The translations under genes were made by a program, and so were the position numbers. A stretch of DNA of 64,000 nt, from the IMG/VR virus record IMGVR_UViG_3300035670_000096. One strand, 5' to 3'. Shown here piece after piece: positions 55,412 to 62,785 of this stretch (the stretch's first letter is position 1; each line of letters starts with the position of its first letter). Origin of the DNA: a virus. The notes under the pieces were generated by a model. That model worked only from the letters and a program-made list of their open reading frames with translations. It did no database searches and had not been told where the DNA came from.

Positions 55412-55654
55412 TTACTGAATTTTGTGCAGTAACCACTCCCTGTCAAAGCGTGTCTTGTGGGTTAGTTCAATCGCCCACTGGCTCCAGCCCATCGCTTTAG
55501 CCGTCTCCGCTGCCGCGAAGTCATGATTAGCATCTTTATTCAATCCCTTGTAGGCAGTTAGCCTGTACCACTGGACGCCGTTAACGTACACAGCGATCCA
55601 TTTCAGTTTGCCTCTGAGTTTGCGGTCTGCGGTCCTGATGTTGATTGATTCCAT
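55412..55654 (-). CDS. hypothetical protein
   Basis: Trimmed to MESINIRTADRKLRGKLKW.... GGGAGA lies 6 nt upstream. The longer track ORF runs through the preceding repeat gene. Confidence 0.5.
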   Translation of the reverse strand: MESINIRTADRKLRGKLKWIAVYVNGVQWYRLTAYKGLNKDANHDFAAAETAKAMGWSQWAIELTHKTRFDREWLLHKIQ

Positions 55655-55667
55655 GATCATTCTCCCT

Positions 55668-55979
55668 TTATTGGTAATTAGCGCTGCCGTGTCCCCGTGT
55701 TCCATTGCCGCCGCTTTTGTTGCCGGAGCCGTAACCGTCTCCGCATCCGGAGCCGCAGCCGTCGCAGGAGTTGGAGTCGTAACCCACATGGCTTATACTG
55801 CTACCGCCTCCGTCGCTGTAGCCCCTGCCGCTACCGGAGCCGTGGCTATATACTCCGCCGTCTCGGTAGCCCCAGCCTTCCCCGTAGCCGCAGCCGTATC
55901 CGTATCCGTCGCCGCAGCCGCAGCCGCAGCCGTAGCCGCAGCCGTATCCGATTCCTTTGTTGAATTCTTCGTAAGTCAT
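55668..55979 (-). CDS. Gly/Tyr/Cys-rich mini-protein (array B, member 6)
   Basis: Trimmed to MTYEEFNKGIGYGCGYGCGCGCGDGYGYGCGYGEGWGYRDGG.... AGAGGGG RBS. Confidence 0.65.
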   Translation of the reverse strand: MTYEEFNKGIGYGCGYGCGCGCGDGYGYGCGYGEGWGYRDGGVYSHGSGSGRGYSDGGGSSISHVGYDSNSCDGCGSGCGDGYGSGNKSGGNGTRGHGSANYQ

Positions 55980-55989
55980 TGTCCCCTCT

Positions 55990-56097
55990 TTATTTGTGTT
56001 GGCCGCCGAAGCCGTCGCCGGAGCCGCCGCCATAACCTCCGCCTAGACTTCTACCGTAGCCGAAGCCGAAGCCGGAACTGTAATCCTCCTTACTCAC
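55990..56097 (-). CDS. 35-aa Gly/Phe/Tyr-rich peptide, GTG start (array B, member 5; below the track cutoff)
   Basis: Read by hand: (M)SKEDYSSGFGFGYGRSLGGGYGGGSGDGFGGQHK*. GTGA overlap with the upstream stop. The N-terminus matches MSKEDYGYGYG of the 49029-49289 gene. Confidence 0.45.
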   Translation of the reverse strand: MSKEDYSSGFGFGYGRSLGGGYGGGSGDGFGGQHK

Positions 56098-56378
56098 ATC
56101 CCGATACCGCTGCCGTCGCCGTCGCCGCTGCCGTAGCCGCTGCCGCATCCGTCCCCGTCGCCGTCGCCGTAGCCGGAGCCTTCTCCGCAGCCATAGCCGT
56201 GATCGTAGCCGCCTCTGCCGTCGCCGTATCCGCTACTGTCGCTGTATCCGTTACCGTCCCCGCCGCAGCCGTAGCCTTTGCCGTCGCCTTCGCCCACTCC
56301 TCCGACGTGGCCGGAGCCGGAGCCGTAGATCCATCCATGGCTGTAGCCGCCGTAATCATACCTGATTGATTCGTCCAT
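56094..56378 (-). CDS. Gly/Tyr/Asp-rich mini-protein (array B, member 4)
   Basis: MDESIRYDYGGYSHGWIYGSGSGHVGGVGEGDGKGYGCGGDGNGYSD.... GGAGGGG RBS. Confidence 0.7.
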   Translation of the reverse strand: MDESIRYDYGGYSHGWIYGSGSGHVGGVGEGDGKGYGCGGDGNGYSDSSGYGDGRGGYDHGYGCGEGSGYGDGDGDGCGSGYGSGDGDGSGIGM

Positions 56379-56380
56379 GA

Positions 56381-56629
56381 CTATTCCCCTCCGTCGTCTT
56401 CGTCGCTTCTTCCGTTTCCGTCTCCGTCTCCGTGGCCGTAGCCAGTTCCGTAGTCGCTGCCATCGCCGCTGCCGTAGTCTGTTCCGTAGTATTCTCCGCC
56501 GCCGTAGCCTTTCCCGTAACCTGAACCGCTGCCGCTGCTGTCGCCGTGGTAGTAGCCAGGGCCATATCCTTCTCCAGATCCGTAGCCTTCAGCGCATCCG
56601 CCGTAATCATAACTGATTGATTCATCCAT
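56381..56629 (-). CDS. Gly/Tyr/Asp-rich mini-protein (array B, member 3)
   Basis: MDESISYDYGGCAEGYGSGEGYGPGYYHGDSSGSGSGYGKGYGGGEYYG.... GAGGAGAA RBS. Confidence 0.7.
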   Translation of the reverse strand: MDESISYDYGGCAEGYGSGEGYGPGYYHGDSSGSGSGYGKGYGGGEYYGTDYGSGDGSDYGTGYGHGDGDGNGRSDEDDGGE

Positions 56630-56644
56630 TATCGTTTTCTCCTC

Positions 56645-56899
56645 TCACCCATCTCCGCCGCAGCCGTCGCCGCAGGCTCTGCCGTTACCGTAGCCGTATC
56701 GTTCTCCGTAGGCTCTGCCGTAACCGTCGCCGTCACCTTCGCCGCGACCATAGCTGTCGCCGCAGCCACTGCCTCCGCCGTCGCTGCTTCCGTATCCGTC
56801 GAGGTAGCCGTCTCCGAAGCCGCCGCTTTCGCCTCTTCCACGGCTGGAGCCGTGGCCATCGGCATATCCGCCATAGTTATACTTTGCTAATTCATCCAT
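56645..56899 (-). CDS. Gly/Tyr/Asp-rich mini-protein (array B, member 2)
   Basis: Trimmed to MDELAKYNYGGYADGHGSSRGRGESGGFGDGYLDGYGSSDGGGSGCGD.... Start overlaps the stop of amidoligase copy b by 8 nt. Confidence 0.65.
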   Translation of the reverse strand: MDELAKYNYGGYADGHGSSRGRGESGGFGDGYLDGYGSSDGGGSGCGDSYGRGEGDGDGYGRAYGERYGYGNGRACGDGCGGDG

Positions 56900-58094
56900 C
56901 ACTTCTCTCGGCCTCCTTGATAAAAGCGTGCAGCTCAGGGTAAGCCTTGCGGTTGGTTGATACAAATTCAATGAACTTACCGGATGACAGATCCCGATAG
57001 CTACGATCTCGCGTAAAGTCGATTGTCGCCTTCACAAACTGAAGATTCTTCAGTATCCGGTCTCGCTTCAAGTTTCCCTTGAAGATGCGGAATTCGATAG
57101 TGTGATCGTTGCAGACATTAACCGCTTCGTATCGGTCGTAGCTGGTCCCGCACTTACCTATCGTCTTGCCCATTTTGAGAGCCGCCCAGCCGCTTGAATC
57201 GCGCTGGGCTATCCGTCTGACAAATCCCCAATTTTCCGGCGCATTGATGAAGACGACGATCTTTTGTATGTGCATCTTGGTTAAAGCCTTGCGCGAAACA
57301 TGAACATGGAAGCCGCAGGTGCTAGTGTCGTGGCTCTTTAGCCCCTTCACCCCGTCGCCCCAGTCCTCTTTCCACAGCCGCGTGATAGCCTCCCAGGTGT
57401 GGGGATGGGTTACGATCTCGAATCCGTGGCTAATGCTGCCGTCCTCTTTGAGATACACGTGATCCTCGCCCAGCTTGTCGAGGACCTCCTCTGCTTTCTC
57501 ATCCAGGTCTGCGTTGTTTGCTAGCTCCACCTCTAACTCACAACCATAGTAGATCCTGTTGTTTTCCGCACGCCCATTAGGTGAGCCGTGGAACACGGGC
57601 AGCGGCTTATAGTCGTAACCGTGAACGTGTTCTGATTCCGGCCTGTTACAACCGCTGCAATAGTATTCTCCGTTTCTTTCGGAATAATAGAGTTCGTCTG
57701 TCGGTTGCACATCGCCGCAGGAATCACAGCATCCGTATTCGTCGGAGCAATTCGTACAGATAGGCCCGTTGCCCGAGTGCGCCCAGATGTCGTTCTTGTT
57801 CTGTAACTCATCGCAGGCTATACAGGTGAACAGGTTGTTCCTGACACAGCGGGAACACATAATACTCTCGCCTGTTACTGTCGCCGGAGTGTCTGAAAGG
57901 TTGTTCTCACTCACTAGCTGTACACAAACCGGGCAGTTAGCTAGTTCGGACCCTTTGTTGTATCGGTCGCTGCAATCGTCGCATACTAGCGTGCAGACTA
58001 CTAACTCTTCGTCCTCGTTCAGCATTACCGGATCGCCGTTATTGGCATAGATACGGTGAGTTGTTGATGTTGCATCACAGCGTTCGCAGGGCAT
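56892..58094 (-). CDS. multi-zinc-ribbon protein fused to an Amidoligase_2-type COOH-NH2 ligase domain (copy b)
   Basis: N-terminal CxxC pairs (CERC, CDDC, CPVC, CSRC, CIAC, CTNC, CDSC, CSGC). C-terminal GCELEV, LKEDGSISHGFEIVTHP, STCGFHVHVS, RYEAVNV and TIEFRIFKGN. AAGGAGGA RBS. Confidence 0.75.
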   Translation of the reverse strand: MPCERCDATSTTHRIYANNGDPVMLNEDEELVVCTLVCDDCSDRYNKGSELANCPVCVQLVSENNLSDTPATVTGESIMCSRCVRNNLFTCIACDELQNKNDIWAHSGNGPICTNCSDEYGCCDSCGDVQPTDELYYSERNGEYYCSGCNRPESEHVHGYDYKPLPVFHGSPNGRAENNRIYYGCELEVELANNADLDEKAEEVLDKLGEDHVYLKEDGSISHGFEIVTHPHTWEAITRLWKEDWGDGVKGLKSHDTSTCGFHVHVSRKALTKMHIQKIVVFINAPENWGFVRRIAQRDSSGWAALKMGKTIGKCGTSYDRYEAVNVCNDHTIEFRIFKGNLKRDRILKNLQFVKATIDFTRDRSYRDLSSGKFIEFVSTNRKAYPELHAFIKEAERSDG

Positions 58095-58120
58095 GGGTAT
58101 CCTCCTTTGCTCGTTATCGG

Positions 58121-58774
58121 TTAGTTGTCGCCGCCGCTAATCACTATGTCGATAGCGCGGAATGTCTGATACTCGTTCGTCACCCAGTCTAGCTGTCGCT
58201 GGAGATAGGCCGCCTCCTCGCGCCAGTAGGCAGCTTCGTCGATGGCAAGGTTGTTGCTGTACCAGATATCGCCCACAGCCTCCCCCATATCCTCGTTAAT
58301 GATGGTTATGCGACCTTGGGCGTCCATAAAGGCGAGCTTGTTGCTCCAGCCTACCCAATCGGCGATGCAGTCCTGTACGCCTTTGTCTTGCAGTGTCTCC
58401 TCATCTAGCCCGATCTCCGCTAGTTTAGATGCGAAGTGGTAGGAGTCAGATCGCGCCTCATCGGTTATCTCGATGCCGCCAATGATGCCGTTATGCGCCA
58501 TGTAAAGGTATGGCGTTACCTCGAAGGGATGGCAGTTATCCCGCGTCTTCGGTCCATGAGTCGCCCATCGGTAATGGAGGACGTAGGGCGTGCCGGGGAC
58601 TATCTGCTGTTTGATGGCCTTGTCCAGGTCGTCTTTGGATAGCCCCTTAGTGATCTTTAGCTGGTCCTCCTTTGCCGTCATTAGGCCCCAGCCATGCGGG
58701 TTTCCATCCCATGCGCGGGTTAGGATGTCCTGCTTGGGCAGTTCTCCCGTCTTAGATGCAATGATTAAGCACAT
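58121..58774 (-). CDS. class-II glutamine-amidotransferase-type Ntn hydrolase (copy b)
   Basis: Start set to Met-Cys (MCLIIASKTGE) with an AGGGAGGA RBS. GWGLM, VLHYRWATHG, NCHPF, MAHNGII. Confidence 0.75.
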   Translation of the reverse strand: MCLIIASKTGELPKQDILTRAWDGNPHGWGLMTAKEDQLKITKGLSKDDLDKAIKQQIVPGTPYVLHYRWATHGPKTRDNCHPFEVTPYLYMAHNGIIGGIEITDEARSDSYHFASKLAEIGLDEETLQDKGVQDCIADWVGWSNKLAFMDAQGRITIINEDMGEAVGDIWYSNNLAIDEAAYWREEAAYLQRQLDWVTNEYQTFRAIDIVISGGDN

Positions 58775-58793
58775 ATTCGATCCTCCCTTTGTC

Positions 58794-59057
58794 TTAGCTT
58801 TCGCTGTCGCTGTCGCCGTCGCCGTCGCCGCTGCCGTCATAGTAGCCGAAGCCGCCGCAATCCCCCCTGCCGCTGCCTTCAAACAGGTCTCGACTGTTTC
58901 CTCTCCCGATCATATCGCCGGAGCCGACACTGAAGCCGTTGCCATAGCACCATATGTAGCCGTCGCTGTCGCTACAGCCTGCTCCGCTGCTGACTCCGGA
59001 GGTCAAGAAGCCACCTGATTCAACGCTTTCATCGAAGAAGCTTATGCTCTCGTTCAT
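58794..59057 (-). CDS. Gly/Ser/Asp-rich mini-protein (array B, member 1)
   Basis: MNESISFFDESVESGGFLTSGVSSGAGCSDSDGYIWCYGNGFSVGSGD...GGFGYYDGSGDGDGDSDSES. AAGGAGAGGA RBS. Confidence 0.6.
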   Translation of the reverse strand: MNESISFFDESVESGGFLTSGVSSGAGCSDSDGYIWCYGNGFSVGSGDMIGRGNSRDLFEGSGRGDCGGFGYYDGSGDGDGDSDSES

Positions 59058-59136
59058 TAGATCCTCTCCTTTACTGGTTAATGCTAATCCCGCTATCCCC
59101 GCACACTAGCCGGAGCTAATATGCGGGAGGGAGGGA
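59058..59136 (-). repeat. conserved intergenic element, diverged copy C
   Basis: Shares GGTTAAT and CCCGCTAT with copy A and GGACTAG with copy B. Contains a CCCGCA...TGCGGG hairpin. Precedes a gene start. Confidence 0.4.
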
Positions 59137-59430
59137 CTAGGCCGACCAGACCGGGACCGATTCGATGCTGGCGCGTGCCGCGTCGGTGCAGGGGATGATC
59201 TCGACCGCTTCGGTCAAGAGCACCTCGCTAACCGGGCAAGGGAACTTGCAGTTTCCCGGCTTCTTCGTGCCTTCCATGGCGAGCTGGGAGAGGCTGGCAG
59301 CCCCATCCCAATACCAGATCCGCCGCGCATCGGCCAGCGTCACCTCGCGGCCTTCGCGGGAGACGAGCGTTCCGGCGAAGACCCCGGCGCTGTAGGTGCG
59401 AACGATCACGTACTTGTTATTCATGTTCAT
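59137..59430 (-). CDS. hypothetical protein (locally GC-rich gene)
   Basis: 97-aa ORF. Two 60-nt lines counted by hand gave 39/60 and 36/60 G+C. Confidence 0.55.
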   Translation of the reverse strand: MNMNNKYVIVRTYSAGVFAGTLVSREGREVTLADARRIWYWDGAASLSQLAMEGTKKPGNCKFPCPVSEVLLTEAVEIIPCTDAARASIESVPVWSA

Positions 59431-59543
59431 GAGTAGTAGTTTCCTTTTCTTTTCTTCCTGGTTACGTCCAGGCCCGTTTGTTATGCTTCTATGTTAGCGT
59501 AGAATTGAGTTGTTGTCAATAGCTACCCCGAAAAAAAGAGAAC

Positions 59544-59744
59544 TTATTTTTCCGCTTCCCGGTAGTACTGCTCGATCCAATAGCGGTTGGCGAAGTAGGC
59601 GAGAAGGGAGATCCCGGCGACGGCCAGAGCTTTTTCGGCATTGGTCGCGTGCATCTGGAACGTGGCGTAAACGCCAATGATCGAGTTAATGACGATCATG
59701 GAGATTGCTTTGGCCGCTGCTTTGGTTTCTTGTCTCATGCTCAC
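59544..59744 (-). CDS. small membrane protein (two hydrophobic helices)
   Basis: 66-aa ORF: AISMIVINSIIGVYATF...LAVAGISLLAYFA. Confidence 0.5.
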   Translation of the reverse strand: MSMRQETKAAAKAISMIVINSIIGVYATFQMHATNAEKALAVAGISLLAYFANRYWIEQYYREAEK

Positions 59745-59788
59745 CTTTCTATTCTATTATGCGATAGAACTTTTCCGTTGTCAATCGG

Positions 59789-60010
59789 TTAACGGTTAAT
59801 CTCCGCGTGAGAGTTACTGTTAAAATTGCAGTTGGTCCGGACGGTGAGCAGGTCGCCGTTGCGGACGGTTAGAGTTACGGTCACGCCGCTGCCCTCGTTA
59901 GCGCGGCAAAGGCCCGCATACATGGACTCGGCAAGCGAGACATCGGAGCCGCGCCACACTGTACCCTTGTTTCCCATCGAGATAAAGCACTGGTTAGGAA
60001 TCGTTGCCAT
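59789..60010 (-). CDS. hypothetical protein
   Basis: 73-aa ORF with its start coupled to the upstream EEA-stop junction. Confidence 0.5.
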   Translation of the reverse strand: MATIPNQCFISMGNKGTVWRGSDVSLAESMYAGLCRANEGSGVTVTLTVRNGDLLTVRTNCNFNSNSHAEINR

Positions 60011-60013
60011 TGG

Positions 60014-60223
60014 TTAGGCCTCCTCGTTGATTTGGTCAATGCCGCGCTTTATGTCATCCACGCCCATGTTGATCGAGTCTAGGCCAATGTCCAGGTTCTC
60101 CAGGATGCTCGATAGTCTGTCAGACTTATCTCTGATTCGGTCGCGCAACTCGGAGAGTTGAGAGATCAGCTTTTCGACCTCCCGCAGGCTCTCACATGCC
60201 TTGATTATCGCTTGATTGTCCAT
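60014..60223 (-). CDS. hypothetical helical protein ending ...NEEA
   Basis: 69-aa ORF. The conserved 3' junction GAGGAGGCCTAACCAATG also serves as the RBS for the next gene. Confidence 0.5.
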   Translation of the reverse strand: MDNQAIIKACESLREVEKLISQLSELRDRIRDKSDRLSSILENLDIGLDSINMGVDDIKRGIDQINEEA

Positions 60224-60226
60224 TGG

Positions 60227-60475
60227 TTAAGCCTCCTCTTTCCTGATCGCTTCCATCACTTCCCGGAGCCGTGAGTTAGTTTCTGACAGAGAGTGACGCA
60301 AGATCTCTGTCAGTCTAATCAATTCGCACTCGGCCTCCTTTGCACGCCTCTCCGCCTCTGCTAGTTCAGCGGAGAGCTTAGCTACTTGGTCTGGAAGCCC
60401 TTCTAGGTACTCTTGCCACTCCGCATCCGCGTCTGCGGAGTCCTTAATGCTATCCATGTAATCGTTGTAGTCCAT
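60227..60475 (-). CDS. hypothetical acidic coiled-coil protein ending ...KEEA
   Basis: 82-aa ORF with the same 3' junction cassette. Confidence 0.5.
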   Translation of the reverse strand: MDYNDYMDSIKDSADADAEWQEYLEGLPDQVAKLSAELAEAERRAKEAECELIRLTEILRHSLSETNSRLREVMEAIRKEEA

Positions 60476-60477
60476 GG

Positions 60478-60771
60478 TTAGGCCTCCTCTTTTCCAGCCG
60501 CCAGCCGCCGCGCAAACGTCTTAGCTCGGTATGCCGTGGGGAATTGCAGGAAACCGGAGACCGTGGTTATAGTGCCGTCATCATTGGCACGCCGGACGGT
60601 ATAGGCGCGGATAGTGGAACCGGAACCGGCCTTTTCTGAGGTGATGAAGTAGCGGCCCCCGTAGACCTCACTTGAGACGCGGGATCTGAAGAAGCGGAGT
60701 GTATCAGGGGCAAAAAACTTGTAGCCTGCCGCTTGATTGGCGTCTTTAATTTGCTCGATTGTGCTAAACAT
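60478..60771 (-). CDS. hypothetical protein ending ...GKEEA
   Basis: 97-aa ORF with the same 3' junction cassette. Confidence 0.5.
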   Translation of the reverse strand: MFSTIEQIKDANQAAGYKFFAPDTLRFFRSRVSSEVYGGRYFITSEKAGSGSTIRAYTVRRANDDGTITTVSGFLQFPTAYRAKTFARRLAAGKEEA

Positions 60772-60774
60772 TGG

Positions 60775-61038
60775 TTAGTTCTCCCTTTCTTTGAGTTCGA
60801 TATTGGGTTGCCCCGCAACGAAAATATACCCCTTCGGGCCTTCCCCTGCCGTTAGCGGCAGCGGGATGCCGTGAGCGTTGGCGTATTCGATGGCCGCGAC
60901 CTCATGGTTTTGGTACACGCCCCCCAGGTCGTAGCTCCATGCGTAATAGCGCCGCTTGTGTCCTTTGGCAGTTACGCTGATCCGGGCTGGTAGCGTGTTT
61001 GTCGGGCCGTGGTAGCGCGTCTCGATTGCTGCGTGCAT
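60775..61038 (-). CDS. hypothetical protein
   Basis: 87-aa ORF preceded by intergenic element copy A. Confidence 0.5.
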   Translation of the reverse strand: MHAAIETRYHGPTNTLPARISVTAKGHKRRYYAWSYDLGGVYQNHEVAAIEYANAHGIPLPLTAGEGPKGYIFVAGQPNIELKEREN

Positions 61039-61113
61039 GGTTATTGCTCCTTTAATGATTCGGTTAATCCGATCATCGCAGCCCGCTATGCGCTAGCGAG
61101 CTGAGGGATAGGA
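61039..61113 (-). repeat. conserved ~80-nt intergenic element, copy A
   Basis: Shares TAATCCGATCAT (12 nt) and GATAGGACTA (10 nt) with copy B in the same order and orientation. Has an internal hairpin (CAGCTCGCTAGCGCATAGCGGGCTG on the - strand). Confidence 0.55.
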
Positions 61114-61239
61114 CTAATCGCCAGCCGCGAGAGTGAACAGGCAGAACAGCAAGAACGCTATCGCCATTGCATCGAGCAAGATATCCTTGATCCGTCTCAT
61201 TTTTGCGCCATTAAACAGGGGCTTCTTTGTGTCGGTCAT
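61114..61239 (-). CDS. 41-aa membrane peptide (below the track cutoff)
   Basis: Read by hand: MTDTKKPLFNGAKMRRIKDILLDAMAIAFLLFCLFTLAAGD*. AAGGAG lies 7 nt upstream. Confidence 0.45.
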   Translation of the reverse strand: MTDTKKPLFNGAKMRRIKDILLDAMAIAFLLFCLFTLAAGD

Positions 61240-61313
61240 GATTGATCTCCTTTACTTGGTTACAGTATGCGCCGATTTCGGCAGAGGGTCAACTGGTTTC
61301 TGCTGGTTAACGG

Positions 61314-61766
61314 TTAGTCTTCTTCGTCGCCCTCCTCCTCCTCCCGATCTCGCCCTGCGTCATATTCTGCCATGGAATAGGCGGCAATAGCGGCAGATTT
61401 CGCGTCATCATAGATATGGGAGTCCAATGCGGCGAGCATCCCTTCCCCCATTGTCCAACCGGCAAGAAATCCTCGATTGGTTGGCAATCGTGCGATGATC
61501 GGCATAAAGACGGTATCGCCTGATCCGTACCAGCCCGTTATATACCGATCACGGTTATAGGTCGGCAGGTGGCCACTTGCGGATTCAAGGCGCAGGCGGA
61601 ATGTGGAGCCGATGCGGTCTACTTCCAGCCCTTTCGAGGATTGATAGAACCCCCTGCCTATTCCAGGTGTCGCCGGAGTCCATCGGTAGGGGCCTACTAT
61701 TTTCCGCATCTTTGCACGGTCTGCGAGTGGACGCGAGTAGTCGATCATCGTAATTTGAGCAAACAT
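61314..61766 (-). CDS. hypothetical protein with acidic C-terminal tail
   Basis: Trimmed to MFAQITMIDYSRPL... (AAAGGA RBS). The longer track ORF overlaps the upstream gene. Ends in DREEEEGDEED. Confidence 0.5.
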   Translation of the reverse strand: MFAQITMIDYSRPLADRAKMRKIVGPYRWTPATPGIGRGFYQSSKGLEVDRIGSTFRLRLESASGHLPTYNRDRYITGWYGSGDTVFMPIIARLPTNRGFLAGWTMGEGMLAALDSHIYDDAKSAAIAAYSMAEYDAGRDREEEEGDEED

Positions 61767-61852
61767 GGTTATCCTTTCATTTGGTCGCGCAATGCTCCCA
61801 GCCCCGCGCCTTATCTTTATTCGGTAAGGCGCGGAATCGAAGCACTGCTGAG

Positions 61853-62113
61853 CTATTCGTCGCCGTATGTGTCGGTTAGGTACTCCGCCGCCTCCTCCTC
61901 CGAGTCGAATGGACCCGCCCAGTCTGTACAGTCCATGTATCCCGGCATGGAGAGCCGCGCATAGTAGCCTGTCAGTGTCTCCACGTCTTCTTTCTCGCAC
62001 TCGCACTCCCGCATGACCTCAGTGAGAGTGAAACAATCATCAGGGAACAACTCAGTATCGCCGTGCTGGTTGGTAGCGTGGTGGAACGTTCCGTAAACTA
62101 TCTCAGGTTTCAT
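61853..62113 (-). CDS. hypothetical acidic protein
   Basis: 86-aa ORF. Confidence 0.5.
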   Translation of the reverse strand: MKPEIVYGTFHHATNQHGDTELFPDDCFTLTEVMRECECEKEDVETLTGYYARLSMPGYMDCTDWAGPFDSEEEAAEYLTDTYGDE

Positions 62114-62194
62114 GCAATTCTCCCTTTATCGGCGCAATAATGCCGTCCCAATACCCTATCATGACGGGCGATAAGGCATTGAATGGAATCACTA

Positions 62195-62785
62195 CTAGGC
62201 TGCGATGCGGCGCGGACGGTTAGCACGGATGAAGGCTGCTAGCTCTTCCCTCGTGATGTCACGGACGGCGAGATCGGTCCTGAAACCATAGGACTCACAG
62301 TAGTGGTCGCCGGAGGTGACGTGCGACTCGTAGAAACTCATCAGCTTCCAGGTATCGATATCCCGCATGGTATGCTTAGTTTCCCACTGAAGGCTAAAAC
62401 GCCGCGCTAATTCATCGCAGAAATCAGCATACCCCCATGACTCCCAGGCTTTGATGTATGCTTCATGCTCCCGTTCGCTCAGGTCGGTATCGTCCAAAAC
62501 GGGATAGTCTTCAAGCGACGCTTCTATTTCTTCCGCATCGCCGGCCCGGTCGGGATGCACCAAAATAACCTCATACCAACCCGGCCCCCAATGGCCGAAG
62601 CGATGCACCTCGACAGTATCGGATTCGCCGCCCAGGATGCGTAGCGCGGCCGCAAAGTTAGACTCCTCCAATGAGCCGGAGTCACGAGTTTGGATTAAAC
62701 CTAGTACTAGCCAATCTTGGCGATCCGGAAGCCCCAGGCCCCGACAATCGACCCTCGTAGGTTGATACTCTTTGTAAGTCTGCAT
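62195..62785 (-). CDS. hypothetical protein
   Basis: 196-aa ORF preceded by intergenic element copy B. Confidence 0.55.
   Translation of the reverse strand: MQTYKEYQPTRVDCRGLGLPDRQDWLVLGLIQTRDSGSLEESNFAAALRILGGESDTVEVHRFGHWGPGWYEVILVHPDRAGDAEEIEASLEDYPVLDDTDLSEREHEAYIKAWESWGYADFCDELARRFSLQWETKHTMRDIDTWKLMSFYESHVTSGDHYCESYGFRTDLAVRDITREELAAFIRANRPRRIAA

Noticed and set aside
55608-56874. Alternative-frame and antisense ORFs across GY array B: + 55608-56369 (253 aa), + 55697-55963, - 56090-56359, - 56356-56625, - 56629-56874, + 56377-56616 and + 56617-56943.
   Set aside because: Same reasoning as for array A. They are repeat-driven stop-free frames without translation signals, and the coupled GY frame explains the region.
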